Below, one piece after another: positions 9,796 through 19,855 of a stretch of DNA of 57,402 nt. The position numbers and the translations under genes were made by a program. Under the pieces are notes generated by a model. It was not told the DNA's origin. It worked only from the letters and a program-made list of their open reading frames with translations, and did not search any database. Every line of letters starts with the position of its first letter. Within the stretch, counting starts at the first letter, position 1. The stretch spans positions 1 to 57,402 of the forward strand of contig DAOTWL010000023.1 in assembly GCA_034435875.1 (NCBI GenBank), read 5' to 3'. Source of the DNA: Anaerolineae bacterium (GTDB lineage: Bacteria > Chloroflexota > Anaerolineae > B4-G1 > DUEL01).

Positions 9796-11080
9796 TATGA
9801 ACACTGAAATCGGATTCTCACTGATACTGGGTTATCTGCTCCCGGTCGGTTTCCTCCTGCTGGCGTGGGGCGGGATAGAGACGGAGCGGGCGCGACGGGC
9901 CGCCGTTCAGGGACTGCTGACCCTGGCGCTGGCGGCGGTCGGCTACTTCGCCACCGGTTTCGCCTTCCACCTGGGCGGCGCCGCCGTCTTCTCAGACCGG
10001 CCCGGGCTGGGCGGGCTGGATAGCATCTGGTCGCCTCTGGACCGAGCCCGGGGGCTGGGATGGGGCGTCATCGGGCTGAAGGGGTTCTTCCTGGGCCAGG
10101 GCGCGGATACCCCTCAGGCGCTGGCCCTCTTCGCTACGTATCTTCCTGTCGCTGCGACGGCCGTCCTGATCCCGGCGATGGCCCTCTTCGGGCGGGCGCG
10201 GGGCGGCTGGGTGGCCCTGCTGGGGCTGCTGACCGGGGCCCTCATCTTCCCGCTGGCCGCCTGTTGGGTCTGGGGCGGCGGGTGGCTGGCGAGCATGGGC
10301 CAGACCCTGGCGCGCGGCCACGGGGCGGTGGACTACGCCGGCAGCGGGGTCGTCTACCTGCTGGGCGGGATGGTCGCCTGGGGCGCGCTGGCGGCCCTGG
10401 GGCGTGAACCGCCGAAGGAGGGCCCTGCCGAGATGCCCCCGGCTCACTTCCCCCTGCTGGCCAACCTGGGGGCCTTTCTGATGGCAGTGGGCTGGCTGGG
10501 ATGGTCGCTGGGCATCCCCTTCCACGCTGACGGGGCGCGCCTGGACGCCGGACGGGTCGCCGTCAACGGCCTGCTGGCCCTCGCTGGGGCCACACTGACT
10601 TCTCTTCTCTACTGCTGGCTCGCTCTGGGACATGACGACCCTCTGATGGTGGCGCGCGGCGCGGTGGGAGGACTGGTCGCCATATCGGCGGGCGCGCCGT
10701 TTCTCCCTCCCTGGGCCGCGTTGGGGGTCGGCGCTGGGGCCGGACTGCTGGTCCCGCCGGGCGTCTATCTGGTGGACCGGGTTCTGCGGTGGGCCGATGG
10801 GCCGGCGTCGGTGGCGACGGCGGCCCTCCCCGGGCTCTGGGGGCTGGTGGCAGTGGCCCTCTTTGCGGATGGGCGCTGGGGGCAGGGCTGGAACGGCGTC
10901 GGGGCGGAAATGTACCGCACCGTGATCGGGCAGGGGGTCAGCGGCTTCTTTGTGGTCCCGGGATTCCTCGGCGACGGCCCGGGCCAGGCAGTGGCCCAGG
11001 TGGTGGCGGCCGTGGCCCTGAGCCTGTGGGGTTTCCTGGGGGGATGGCTGACGATGACCGTTGCCCGTCGGCGAAGGTAG
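9779..11080 (+). CDS. Amt/Rh-family ammonium-transporter-like membrane protein (divergent)
   Basis: AVDYAGSGVVYLLGGMVAW matches the Amt signature D-[FYW]-AG-[GS]. About 11 TM segments. Start is TTG 9779 or ATG 9797. Confidence 0.7.
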   Translation: MNTSRTMNTEIGFSLILGYLLPVGFLLLAWGGIETERARRAAVQGLLTLALAAVGYFATGFAFHLGGAAVFSDRPGLGGLDSIWSPLDRARGLGWGVIGLKGFFLGQGADTPQALALFATYLPVAATAVLIPAMALFGRARGGWVALLGLLTGALIFPLAACWVWGGGWLASMGQTLARGHGAVDYAGSGVVYLLGGMVAWGALAALGREPPKEGPAEMPPAHFPLLANLGAFLMAVGWLGWSLGIPFHADGARLDAGRVAVNGLLALAGATLTSLLYCWLALGHDDPLMVARGAVGGLVAISAGAPFLPPWAALGVGAGAGLLVPPGVYLVDRVLRWADGPASVATAALPGLWGLVAVALFADGRWGQGWNGVGAEMYRTVIGQGVSGFFVVPGFLGDGPGQAVAQVVAAVALSLWGFLGGWLTMTVARRRR

Positions 11081-11175
11081 CGGTTCCCGCCGGAAGTCGC
11101 GGTGGTGCGGCGGCGGCCCGAAGGGCCGCCGCCGCACCGTTTCTCATCGCACCCAATCTCTGCAGGCCCCCACCG

Positions 11176-13089
11176 CTACGGCGTCGGCGTCGGGGTCGGG
11201 GTGTCGGTCGGCGTCGGAGAAGGGGTCGGCGTGGGCGTCGGCGTGGCGGTGGGAGTGGGCGTCGGCGTGGCGGTAGGAGTGGGCGTCGGTGTCGGCGAGG
11301 GTGTCGGCGTGGGCGTCGGGGTCGGCGTACGGGTAGCGGTGGGAGTGCTGGTTGGTGTTGGTGTGGGCCAATCCCCAATCCGCTGCCACCAGACCTTCAG
11401 CAGGGCCCTTCCGGTCGCCTCGTAATACTCCACCATCAGCCGACGGGCCCCGTTCAACAGCAGGTCCACCGTGTAGACCCTGCTGGCATCGCTGGGGTGC
11501 CATTCATCCAGTACCGGCGTATTGTCCACGAATATCCGCACTCCATCGTCGGCCTGGGCGAAGAGGCGATAGCGGGCCGGTTCAAAGGTCACCTGACGGG
11601 TCCAGCGGGCGGAGAAGTTATCCGCCGGAAGGCCCCAGGCCGGCGAGCCCGTGCCCCAATCAAAATCCAGGGCCCGGTCGTTGCGCACCAGGACGGGATT
11701 CCCGCTCAGGTTGGGGTTGGACCAGTACTCCCCTTTCCAGTCGGGGTAGGACGGGGAGGCGATTTTCTCCCACCATACCTGAATGCGCGCCTCGCCGGTG
11801 TTCTCATAGTACTCCACCCGCAGACTGTGGGTCCCCTGCACCAGGGCGTAGTCCACCGTGATTTCGCGAGCACTCCCATCGTGCCAGGAGTCCAGGATCA
11901 ACCGGTCGTCCACCCATAGGCGCGCGCCGTCGTCCACAATCACGTGGAAGCGGTAGGTGGCTCCTTCAAAGAGGTACGTACGCGTCCAGCGGGCAGAGAA
12001 GCCGTTGGCCGGGACGGCGGGCGCGGGGGAGCCGGCCCCCCAGTTAAAGGAGATATTCTCGTCGTTCCGCACCAGCACCGGGTTGCCGCTCAGGGTCCGG
12101 TTGGGCCAGTACTCCCCTTTCCAGTCCGGGTATGCCGTCAGTTTCTCCCACCAGACCTGGATGATGGCGCCGCCCACGTGTTCGTAGTATTCTACGCGCA
12201 GGGTATGGGAGCCCGCCGCGATTTTGTAATCGGCCGTCACCTCTCGCTGAGCCCCGTCCTGCCAGGCATCCAGAACCAGGGTGGTGTCCACGTAGATGCG
12301 CACCCCGTCGTCTACAATGGCGTGGAAGCGATACAGGCCGGCCTCAAACGCCAGTGTGCGGGTCCAGCGGACGGAGAAGTTATCGGCGGGGAGGCCGGAA
12401 GCCGGCGCGCCGGCGCCCCAGTTGAACCGGATTTCGGCGTCGTTCCGGACCAGCGCCGGAGGGCCGGCCAGTGAGATGTTGGCGAAGTACTCCCCGCGCC
12501 AGGCGGCGGGCGGGGTGGTGGGCCGGGGAGTCGGCCTTGGGGTAGGGGTCGGGGTTGGAGGGGGCGGGGTGGCCGTTGCCGTCGCGGTGGGCGCAGGGGG
12601 AGGCGACGGAGTGGCGGTGTCGGTGGGAACGGGGGTGGGGGTTTCCGTCACGACGATGTGGAGAGAGGCCCTCACTGCCGTTCCGGTCGTGGCGGACCAC
12701 ACGGCAAGAGGGAAGGCTCCTGGCTCCACTCCGGCATCCAGAGGTACTACGAAGGCCGCCGTGAACCGACCGTCCACCCCCACTGCGGCGGAGGCCAGGG
12801 CGGTGCGCCGACCGTCCGGCCCCTCCCGGCCGACGAAGACGGTGTCCCCCGGCTTCCAGCCCTCGCCGTTTACGGTGACCGGGGAGCCAGGGGCGGCGGT
12901 ATCTACGGCCAGCCGGATAGATGGGGTGGCCTGGGGCGGTGGGGGGGTGGGGAAGAGTCCCTGGCGGCTGGTCAGAATGGCTGCGCCGAGGATGCACAGC
13001 GCCAGGAGAATGAGAGAGATGCCCAAAAGTGCGACGATCACCGAGCGGGATTGTGGACTGTTGCCCAACATTTTGTTCACGTCTTTCAT
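11176..13089 (-). CDS. membrane-anchored protein with three tandem PA14 domains and Pro/Thr-rich linkers
   Basis: [33 protein letters not shown]...L..W..EYYE..G...Q.WW occurs three times. N-terminal TM segment and C-terminal (PT)n tail. Confidence 0.8.
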   Translation of the reverse strand: MKDVNKMLGNSPQSRSVIVALLGISLILLALCILGAAILTSRQGLFPTPPPPQATPSIRLAVDTAAPGSPVTVNGEGWKPGDTVFVGREGPDGRRTALASAAVGVDGRFTAAFVVPLDAGVEPGAFPLAVWSATTGTAVRASLHIVVTETPTPVPTDTATPSPPPAPTATATATPPPPTPTPTPRPTPRPTTPPAAWRGEYFANISLAGPPALVRNDAEIRFNWGAGAPASGLPADNFSVRWTRTLAFEAGLYRFHAIVDDGVRIYVDTTLVLDAWQDGAQREVTADYKIAAGSHTLRVEYYEHVGGAIIQVWWEKLTAYPDWKGEYWPNRTLSGNPVLVRNDENISFNWGAGSPAPAVPANGFSARWTRTYLFEGATYRFHVIVDDGARLWVDDRLILDSWHDGSAREITVDYALVQGTHSLRVEYYENTGEARIQVWWEKIASPSYPDWKGEYWSNPNLSGNPVLVRNDRALDFDWGTGSPAWGLPADNFSARWTRQVTFEPARYRLFAQADDGVRIFVDNTPVLDEWHPSDASRVYTVDLLLNGARRLMVEYYEATGRALLKVWWQRIGDWPTPTPTSTPTATRTPTPTPTPTPSPTPTPTPTATPTPTPTATPTPTPTPSPTPTDTPTPTPTP

Positions 13090-13117
13090 CGCGTTTACCC
13101 CCTGACAAAACCCTGAT

Positions 13118-13240
13118 AATTTCAGGACTTACGCAGTTCACCCGTAGGACCGGCTTTTCAGCCCGTCCGGACCACTTCTCAGCCCGTCTGGACGGCCTGG
13201 AAAGGCCATCCTACAGGGCAAGTGCGTAACTCCTGAATTT
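13118..13240. repeat. ~31-bp imperfect inverted repeats enclosing GC hairpins (MITE-like or structured leader)
   Basis: AATTTCAGGACTTACGCAGTTCACCCGTAGG ... CCTACAGGGCAAGTGCGTAACTCCTGAATTT. Interior contains GGCTTTTCAGCC and CCTGGAAAGG hairpins. Confidence 0.6.
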
Positions 13241-13345
13241 GTTGGCTTAACCGCATGACGTCCAGAAAGGGCAAAGGGTTCCCTGTCGGATCGTTACGGG
13301 TCCTGACTGGATAAAGGTGATGAAGGGATACTCAATGGCATCTCC

Positions 13346-13392
13346 AGTGTACCCCACCCTGTGCCCGCCGTCTACTGTAAATTCTTACAGGT
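13346..13392 (-). promoter_or_regulatory. copy 3 of the lux-box-like dyad plus promoter cassette
   Basis: Minus strand reads ACCTGTAAGAATTTACAGTA (13392-13373), overlapping TAGACG (13374-13369), 17 nt, then TACACT (13351-13346). About 90% identical to 52648-52710. Confidence 0.5.
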
Positions 13393-13416
13393 ATATGCCG
13401 TTTGGGCCCTTCTAAA

Positions 13417-13452
13417 CGCCACTCCGCTGCGCTCCGTGGCTGACTATGAGCG
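13417..13452 (-). repeat. single REP unit (GCCAC..GTGGC variant, inverted)
   Basis: Reverse complement reads CGCTCATAGTCAGCCACGGAGCGCAGCGGAGTGGCG. Confidence 0.75.
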
Positions 13453-13520
13453 CTTTGACTCCACTTGTGGCATTTTTCGTAACTACCTACGCCAGGGGCT
13501 AAAAGCCCAATGCTAACATT

Positions 13521-13612
13521 TGCCCCCACCCCCTTTATCCCCCCTCCCCCATTGCTGCGCTTGGGGGAGGGGGTTGGGGAGAGGGGAGGGGCCGGGGGAG
13601 GGGTGAGGCCAG
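13521..13612. repeat. G-rich palindromic repeat block (GGGGAGGGGTGAGG family)
   Basis: CCCCCACCCCCTTTATCCCCCCTCCCCC..GGGGGAGGGGGTTGGGGAGAGGGGAGGGGCCGGGGGAGGGGTGAGG. Same family at 9375-9575, 19915-20240, 21021-21088 and 47156-47200. Confidence 0.7.
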
Positions 13613-13778
13613 CGCGCCGAAAAAGTGGGCATCCCAGCCACCGGGGGGAGGTAGTTACCATTTTTCAGACATGCTCTAAGGCAAGGGTTTCGTCATCCGT
13701 TGATGCCTGCCGTCCACTGGTTGCCTCAATTATAGGCAAAACCCCTTGCCTTATCCACACTGAATTCACAGCCCGCGT

Positions 13779-13806
13779 TTGCAATTCCGGCCGAACGCGG
13801 TAAAAT
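13779..13806 (+). promoter_or_regulatory. candidate sigma70-type promoter of folC
   Basis: TTGCAA, 16 nt, TAAAAT. The RBS CAGGAGA and ATG 13829 follow. Confidence 0.45.
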
Positions 13807-13828
13807 GTTTTCTTTGACAGGAGAACCC

Positions 13829-15187
13829 ATGACCTACCGGGAAGCGATAGAATACCTTCACAGCCTGACCGATTACGAGAAACGGCGGATTGAACGCTAT
13901 TCGCCCCAGACGCTGGACCTTTCCCGCGTGGAGCGGCTGCTGGATATGGTGGGGAACCCCCACCGCCTCTACCCGTCCGTCCACGTCGCCGGGACGAAGG
14001 GGAAGGGCTCCACTTCGGCGATGATAGAGTCGGTCCTGCGCGCGGCCGGGTACCGCACCGGCTTCTACACCTCCCCCCACCTCCACACCTTCCGCGAGCG
14101 CATCCGCATCGGCGCCGACCTGATTTCCCGCGAAGAGGTCGTCTCGCTGGTGGAGGAATTCCGCCCGCTCATCGCCCGCATCCCCGGCATCACCACCTTT
14201 GAGGCCATTACCGCCATCGCCTTCACCTACTTCGCCCGCCAGAAGATAGCCGTCCTGGTGGCCGAGGTCGGCCTGGGCGGACGGCTGGACGCCACCAACG
14301 TCCTCCGTCCGGAAGTGGCGGTCATCACTTCTCTCAGCCTGGACCACACCTATCTGCTGGGCAACACCCTGCCGGAGATTGCGGCGGAGAAGGCCGGGAT
14401 TATCAAGGACGGTGTCCCCGTCGTCACCGCGCCGCAGCGCCCGGAGGCGCTGGCCGTGATAGAGGAGACGGCGCGCGCCCGCCATGCCCCCCTCACCGTG
14501 GTGGGACGGGACTGGGTCTGGGAGCCCGGCCCCTTTGACCTGAAGGGGCAGTCCTTCACTTTTCGCCGGGGCGCAAGCTTCATCTTGCGCTCCGATTTAG
14601 AGGGGGATTACTGGATACCGCTATTGGGCCGTCACCAACTGGAAAACGGGGCCACGGCCCTGGCCGCGCTCCAGATTCTCCTGGAACGGGGCTTCCGCCT
14701 CTCCCGCGCGGCGGCTCAGGAGGGGTTGAAAAACGTGCAGTGGCCGGGGCGGCTGGAAATCCTCAGCACCGACCCGCTGGTGGTGGTGGACTGTGCCCAT
14801 AACCCGTACTCCACCGAAGTCCTGCGGGAATCGCTCCGGGAGTGGTTTCCGGGCCGCCGCTGGGTGCTCATCTTCGGTGCGTCGGCGGATAAGGACATCC
14901 CCGGGATGCTGCGGGCGCTTCTGCCGATGACCGACTACCTCATCGTCACCCGCTCCGACCACCCCCGCTCCGCCACCCCGGTGGAACTGGCGGACATGGC
15001 CGCGTCGGTCGGCGGCGGGGCGGAGATTGCCGTCAACATCCGGCGCGCGCTCCAGCGGGCCCTGACGCTCCTGAAGCCGGATACCGGCATCCTGGTCACC
15101 GGCTCCATCTTCCTGGTCGCCGAGGCCCGGGAGGAATGGGCCGAACACAACGGCCAACCCGTCCCCGAAAACGACCGGACGGATTAG
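13829..15187 (+). CDS. folC: folylpolyglutamate synthase / dihydrofolate synthase
   Basis: [12 protein letters not shown]-loop and Mur-ligase-family layout. ATG 13829 follows CAGGAGA. Confidence 0.9.
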   Translation: MTYREAIEYLHSLTDYEKRRIERYSPQTLDLSRVERLLDMVGNPHRLYPSVHVAGTKGKGSTSAMIESVLRAAGYRTGFYTSPHLHTFRERIRIGADLISREEVVSLVEEFRPLIARIPGITTFEAITAIAFTYFARQKIAVLVAEVGLGGRLDATNVLRPEVAVITSLSLDHTYLLGNTLPEIAAEKAGIIKDGVPVVTAPQRPEALAVIEETARARHAPLTVVGRDWVWEPGPFDLKGQSFTFRRGASFILRSDLEGDYWIPLLGRHQLENGATALAALQILLERGFRLSRAAAQEGLKNVQWPGRLEILSTDPLVVVDCAHNPYSTEVLRESLREWFPGRRWVLIFGASADKDIPGMLRALLPMTDYLIVTRSDHPRSATPVELADMAASVGGGAEIAVNIRRALQRALTLLKPDTGILVTGSIFLVAEAREEWAEHNGQPVPENDRTD

Positions 15188-15193
15188 ACGGAT

Positions 15194-15221
15194 CACGGAG
15201 TACGCAGTACGGAGTATGAAG
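15194..15221. repeat. heptanucleotide tandem repeat (TACGGAG-like) x4
   Basis: cacggag tacgcag tacggag tatgaag, between the folC stop and lon. Confidence 0.8.
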
Positions 15222-15335
15222 ATGAACCGCGATTGGGGGGAATGGTGGACACAAATGGGCTGGTCGCCGCCCGGGTTTTTCCCGTATTTTGACCAGGAAG
15301 AAGAGGAATACCCCGAGGAGCAGACGGAGGAAATC

Positions 15336-17807
15336 ATGGAGGGGCCGCTCCTGCCCCTGCGGGACATGGTCTTTTTCCCGCGCATGGTCGCCCCACTGGT
15401 GGTGGCGCGGCCGGAGTCTATGGAAGCGGTGGAGACGGCGCTGGAACTGGATGAGCCCCTCATCGCCGTCGCCCAGCGGGACCCTCAGGTGGAAGATGTC
15501 GGGCCGGAAGACCTCTACAACTTCGGCACCGACATCATCATCGGGCGCATGCTCCGCATGCCCGATGGCACCCTCAGCATCCTGGCCCAGGGCCATCAGC
15601 GGGTGCAGATTCTGGAATACGTCCACCTGGAGCCGTATATCCGCGTCCGCGCCATGCCCATCGTGGAGCCCACCGAGCGCTCCCGGATGACCGAAGCGCT
15701 GATGCGGGCCGTCCTCAACCTCTTTGAGCGCGTCGTCCAGTTGAGCCACAACCTGCCCGAAGACCTCTACGTCTTCGCGCTGAACATCCGGGAGCCGGGC
15801 TGGCTGGCGGACCTCATCGCCCAGAGCCTCAACCTGGATACCGCGCAGCGGCAGGAAGTCCTGGAGACGCTGGACCCCACCGCCCGTCTGCAACGGGTCA
15901 ACTTCCTGCTGGCGAAAGAACTGGACGTGCTGGAACTGGAAGACAAAATCCACTCCCAGGTTCAGCAGGAGATGGACCGCTCTCAGCGGGAGTACTTCCT
16001 GCGGGAGCAGATGAAGGCCATCCAGACGGAACTGGGGGAGACGGATACCTTCACCCGGGAGATTAACGGGTTACGGGAGCGGATAGAACAGGCCCCGTTC
16101 CCGCCGGAGGTGCGCGCCCAGGCGGAGCGGGAACTGGCCCGCCTGGCCGCAATGCCCCCCATGGCCCCCGACGTCGGCATCATCCGCACCTACCTGGACT
16201 GGCTACTGGAACTGCCCTGGGCCGAGGAGACGGAGGACAACCTGGACCTGAACCATGTCGCCGAGGTGCTGGAGTCGTCCCACTACGGCCTGCCGAAGGC
16301 CAAAGAGCGCATCCTGGAATACATCGCGGTCAAGAAACTGGCCCCGGAGAAGATGCGCAGCCCGATTCTCTGCTTCGTGGGCCCTCCGGGGACGGGTAAG
16401 ACCAGCCTGGGGCAGGCCATCGCCAAAGCCCTGGGGCGGAACTTCGTCCGGGTGAGCCTGGGTGGGGTGCGGGACGAGGCGGAGATTCGGGGGCACCGCC
16501 GGACATACATCGGCGCCCTTCCGGGCCGCATCATCCAGACCATGCGGCGCGCCAAAACGATTAACCCCGTCTTTATGCTGGACGAGGTGGACAAACTGGG
16601 GCTGGACTTCCGGGGTGACCCGGCGGCGGCGCTCCTGGAGGTGTTGGACCCGGAGCAGAACCACGCCTTCTCCGACCACTACCTGGAGGTGCCGTACAAC
16701 CTCTCCAAGGTCTTTTTCATCACCACAGCCAACACGCTGGACCCAATTCCTCCGGCGCTGCGGGACCGGATGGAGGTGATAGAGTTTCCGTCCTACGTGG
16801 AGGAGGAGAAACTGGAGATCGCCCGTCGGTTTCTCATCCCCCGGCAGATAGAGGAGAACGGGTTGAACGGGCACCCTGTCACCTTCACCGACGGGGCGCT
16901 GCGGCGCATCATCCGGGAGTACACCTACGAGGGCGGGGTGCGCAACCTGGAGCGGGAGATTGCCAACATTTGCCGCAAGGCGGCGCGGCGGCTGGCGGAG
17001 GGGAAGAAGCCGCTGACCCGGGTGACGCCCGCCGACCTGCCCCGCTACCTGGGCCCGCCCCGCTACCCGCGCGACGAGGCGGAGGAGAAGGACGAGGTCG
17101 GGCTGGCCATGGGGCTGGCCTGGACGGAGGCGGGCGGCGACCTGATGCCGGTGGAGGTCGCCCTGATGCCCGGCAAGGGCAACCTGACCCTCACCGGCCA
17201 ACTGGGCGAGGTGATGCAGGAATCAGCCCAGGCGGCGCTCAGTTACGCCCGTTCCCGCGCCAAAGACCTGGGCGTGGCGCCGGACGTCTTTGAGAAGACG
17301 GACATCCACATCCACCTGCCGGAGGGGGCCATCCCGAAGGACGGCCCGTCGGCGGGCATCACCATGGCGACGGCCCTCATCTCCGCCCTCACCCACCGCC
17401 CCGTCCGGCGGAAGGTCGCGATGACGGGCGAAATCACCCTGCGGGGGCGGGTCCTGCCCGTCGGCGGCATCAAGGAGAAACTGCTGGCGGCCCACCGGGC
17501 CGGGATGAAAGAGGTGGTCATCCCCAAACGGAATCAGCCGGACCTGGTGGAGATTCCCCGCAAGGTGACGCGGGAACTGAAGGTGCGGATGGTGGAGCGG
17601 ATGGACGAGGTGCTGGAGGTGGCGCTGCTGCCGCCGCAACCGCAGGAGGCGCAGACTTCGGCCCAGCCGAAGGCCCACCGGCCCCGCCGGTCGCGGGCCC
17701 GCAAAGGCGAGCGGGTGTCGCCGGAGGCCGGGCCGCCTCCGGCGCCCGGCCCCGCCGGCGCAAACCCGCCAGGTAGCGCAAGATTTCATCTTGCGCCACG
17801 ACAATGA
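15336..17807 (+). CDS. lon: ATP-dependent Lon protease
   Basis: [11 protein letters not shown]-terminal domain, GPPGTGKTS Walker A, and [15 protein letters not shown] catalytic Ser motif. ATG 15336 follows GGAGGA; the alternative start is 15216. Confidence 0.92.
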   Translation: MEGPLLPLRDMVFFPRMVAPLVVARPESMEAVETALELDEPLIAVAQRDPQVEDVGPEDLYNFGTDIIIGRMLRMPDGTLSILAQGHQRVQILEYVHLEPYIRVRAMPIVEPTERSRMTEALMRAVLNLFERVVQLSHNLPEDLYVFALNIREPGWLADLIAQSLNLDTAQRQEVLETLDPTARLQRVNFLLAKELDVLELEDKIHSQVQQEMDRSQREYFLREQMKAIQTELGETDTFTREINGLRERIEQAPFPPEVRAQAERELARLAAMPPMAPDVGIIRTYLDWLLELPWAEETEDNLDLNHVAEVLESSHYGLPKAKERILEYIAVKKLAPEKMRSPILCFVGPPGTGKTSLGQAIAKALGRNFVRVSLGGVRDEAEIRGHRRTYIGALPGRIIQTMRRAKTINPVFMLDEVDKLGLDFRGDPAAALLEVLDPEQNHAFSDHYLEVPYNLSKVFFITTANTLDPIPPALRDRMEVIEFPSYVEEEKLEIARRFLIPRQIEENGLNGHPVTFTDGALRRIIREYTYEGGVRNLEREIANICRKAARRLAEGKKPLTRVTPADLPRYLGPPRYPRDEAEEKDEVGLAMGLAWTEAGGDLMPVEVALMPGKGNLTLTGQLGEVMQESAQAALSYARSRAKDLGVAPDVFEKTDIHIHLPEGAIPKDGPSAGITMATALISALTHRPVRRKVAMTGEITLRGRVLPVGGIKEKLLAAHRAGMKEVVIPKRNQPDLVEIPRKVTRELKVRMVERMDEVLEVALLPPQPQEAQTSAQPKAHRPRRSRARKGERVSPEAGPPPAPGPAGANPPGSARFHLAPRQ

Positions 17808-18630
17808 CCGCCGGCACCGGCACCCCGGAATCTATCTCCACCACCGTTCCGTCCGCCCGGAAGTACATGCCAGTGGATTGCCCCCCGTCCAGATTGAGCG
17901 CCACATCCACGTCCAGGTCTGATCCCAGCAGCCAGCGGGCCAGGGCGTGGAGCGAGAAAAAGCCGTCCCGCGCGACGATGAACAGAATCCGTCCGTGGCG
18001 GTCCTGCGCCACCACCGTCCGGCGGGCCGTGCGGCCATCGTCGGCATCGGGGGGAAACCCCAGGACTCCCCCTGGCCGGACCAGCACCGGGAAGGACTGT
18101 ACGGCCTCCACCAGAACCTCTGTGGGGTCGTAGGGACGGGCCACCAGCCAGCGGACCTCCACCCTCCCGCCGGGGAGAACGGCGAACATCCCCCCGAAGC
18201 CCGAATAGGAAGTCCCGTAGACCCGCCCGCCGCTGACCAGGAGGCCGGTGGCGAGATACTCCGGCGTGAAGTACCCCCCGTTGACCACCAGCAGCGGCGA
18301 CTCCCCGGCCGCCCTCAGCGCGGAAGCCCACTCCGACACCCGTCGCCCCTCCCCGGGGGTATAAAGGACGCGGAAGCGGACCCGCTCCGGGTCCAGCCGT
18401 ACCAGCGTCACCCGTTCGGTGCTTCCCCCTTCCGGCGTCACCCGCATCCGGCGGATTTCGGCCCCGTCTCCTACCTCCAGCCAGCCCGTATCGGGCGGCT
18501 CCGGGGTGGGAGTGGGCAGCAGGGTCGGGGTCGCCGTCGGGGTGGGTGTGGGCGTCGGGGCGGGGAGAAGCCCACAGGCCAGAGAGAACACCAGCAAGAA
18601 CGTCGCTACAGCGACCAGGCGATACGGCAT
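17518..18630 (-). CDS. phosphodiester glycosidase (DUF2233-like) lipoprotein with a long low-complexity C-terminal tail
   Basis: Lipobox LVFSLAC, then a PT linker. [22 protein letters not shown] pattern. The stop only comes at 17518, inside lon. Confidence 0.65.
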   Translation of the reverse strand: MPYRLVAVATFLLVFSLACGLLPAPTPTPTPTATPTLLPTPTPEPPDTGWLEVGDGAEIRRMRVTPEGGSTERVTLVRLDPERVRFRVLYTPGEGRRVSEWASALRAAGESPLLVVNGGYFTPEYLATGLLVSGGRVYGTSYSGFGGMFAVLPGGRVEVRWLVARPYDPTEVLVEAVQSFPVLVRPGGVLGFPPDADDGRTARRTVVAQDRHGRILFIVARDGFFSLHALARWLLGSDLDVDVALNLDGGQSTGMYFRADGTVVEIDSGVPVPAVIVVAQDEILRYLAGLRRRGRAPEAARPPATPARLCGPATGGAGGPSAGPKSAPPAVAAAAAPPPAPRPSAPPSAPSVPASPCGESPPGPADSVWG

Positions 18631-18650
18631 TGGGGCACCCTCTTCAGGAT

Positions 18651-18707
18651 GGGACGCGGATGAAACATCCGCGTTCATCTGCGTTTATCTGCGTTTATCC
18701 GCGTCCC
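18651..18707. repeat. decanucleotide tandem repeat x4 bracketed by a 10-bp inverted repeat
   Basis: GGGACGCGGA-tgaaaca-TCCGCGTTCA TCTGCGTTTA TCTGCGTTTA TCCGCGTCCC. Confidence 0.85.
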
Positions 18708-18796
18708 GCCAAAAAGTATGCCCCTAAAACGGGTTTTGGTCAAGGGGGGATTGCCGATTGGGGATTCTGGGTTATAATTTTCAGGGAGGAGCGAAT

Positions 18797-19432
18797 ATGG
18801 AAATCGTCTGGTACGGACTGAACTGCTTCCGGTTGACGGAGCGGGGAATGGCGACCGTCGTCACCGACCCCTACGGGCCGGAGGTCGGGCTGACCCTCCC
18901 CCGCCCCAAGGCCGACATTGTCACCGTCAGCCGGGACGTCCCGGAGTGTAACCACACCCGCGCGGTGCGGGGGCCGTTCCGGGTGCTGGATACCCCCGGT
19001 GAGTACGAAATCGGCGGCGTCTTCATCACTGCCATCCCCGCCTACGCCGATAAGAAGAAAAGCACCCTGAGCACTATCTTCCACTTTGATTACGACGGCC
19101 TGACCGTCTGCCACCTGGGCCACCTGGGGCAGGTGCCGACCCAACCGCAGGTAGAGGCGCTGGGGACGGTGGACCTTCTGCTCATCCCGGTCGGCGGGGA
19201 CGGCGGATTGACCCCTGCCGAGGCGTCGGAGGTCATCAGCCTGCTGGAGCCGGCCATCGTGGTGCCAATGTGGTACAAAATCCCCGGCCTGACCCTCTCG
19301 CTGGGGACGCTTAACCGGTTCCTCAAGCAGATGGGGGTGGAAAAAGCGGAGGCCCGGGATTCCCTCAAGGTCAACAAGGGGAACCTACCCCAGGAGACGG
19401 AGGTCATCGTCCTGGCACCGAAGCGGGAGTGA
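18797..19432 (+). CDS. MBL-fold metallo-hydrolase (UPF0173-like)
   Basis: ATG 18797 follows GGGAGGA. MEIVWYGLNCFRL..DIVTVS. Candidate promoter TTGCCG-16-TATAAT at 18751-18778. Confidence 0.75.
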   Translation: MEIVWYGLNCFRLTERGMATVVTDPYGPEVGLTLPRPKADIVTVSRDVPECNHTRAVRGPFRVLDTPGEYEIGGVFITAIPAYADKKKSTLSTIFHFDYDGLTVCHLGHLGQVPTQPQVEALGTVDLLLIPVGGDGGLTPAEASEVISLLEPAIVVPMWYKIPGLTLSLGTLNRFLKQMGVEKAEARDSLKVNKGNLPQETEVIVLAPKRE

Positions 19433-19461
19433 GCACTTCTCTCTGAAGGAGAAGCGGCCAG

Positions 19462-19855
19462 ATGAGTACGGTGTTGATAGAGAAAGTAGCGGAGTATCTG
19501 AAAGATTTGCCCTACGAATTGCAATGGCGGTAGCACTGCATTGAATCGTGGTAAGGCGTAGGGCGGGCTTTCAGCCCGCCATATTTGGGGACAGCCTGGA
19601 AAGGCTGTCCCACATCGGGGGGTTCTCGCACCGGTTAGAGCGCGGCCACGATTTCCTGCAGACCTACCGCAATGGCAAGTATTAGAGTTTACCCGTGCTC
19701 TTACGCTCTCGGTTCCCCGTGGTGTTCCTGGGAGGCAGTTGTTGCGCTTTGCGGGAGCAATCCCGCCTGACGATGTGGAGTTGATCCGTCAAGCCATAGA
19801 GCATGGTTGTGAGCGAGTGGATGGGGAGGGTTCATTTTTCAACCGAAATGGGTGA
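19462..19855 (+). pseudogene. small antitoxin-like gene interrupted by a ~120-bp hairpin block
   Basis: MSTVLIEKVAEYLKDLPYELQWR* (19462-19533). It resumes in another frame as ..DLPQWQVLEFTRAL..LLRFAGAIPPDDVELIRQAIEHGCERVD.. and ends at TGA 19855. Confidence 0.5.

Noticed and set aside
11176-11350. A GT/GC-rich microsatellite-like tract (ggcgtcggggtcggc...).
   Set aside because: It is the reverse complement of the in-frame (Pro-Thr)n C-terminal linker of the PA14 protein. It is coding low complexity, not an independent repeat element.
10789-11919. A 376-aa plus-strand ORF rich in Arg and Gly, spanning the amt 3' end and the PA14 gene.
   Set aside because: It is low-complexity ([14 protein letters not shown]..), partly antisense to the PT linker and PA14 domains, and has no independent support.
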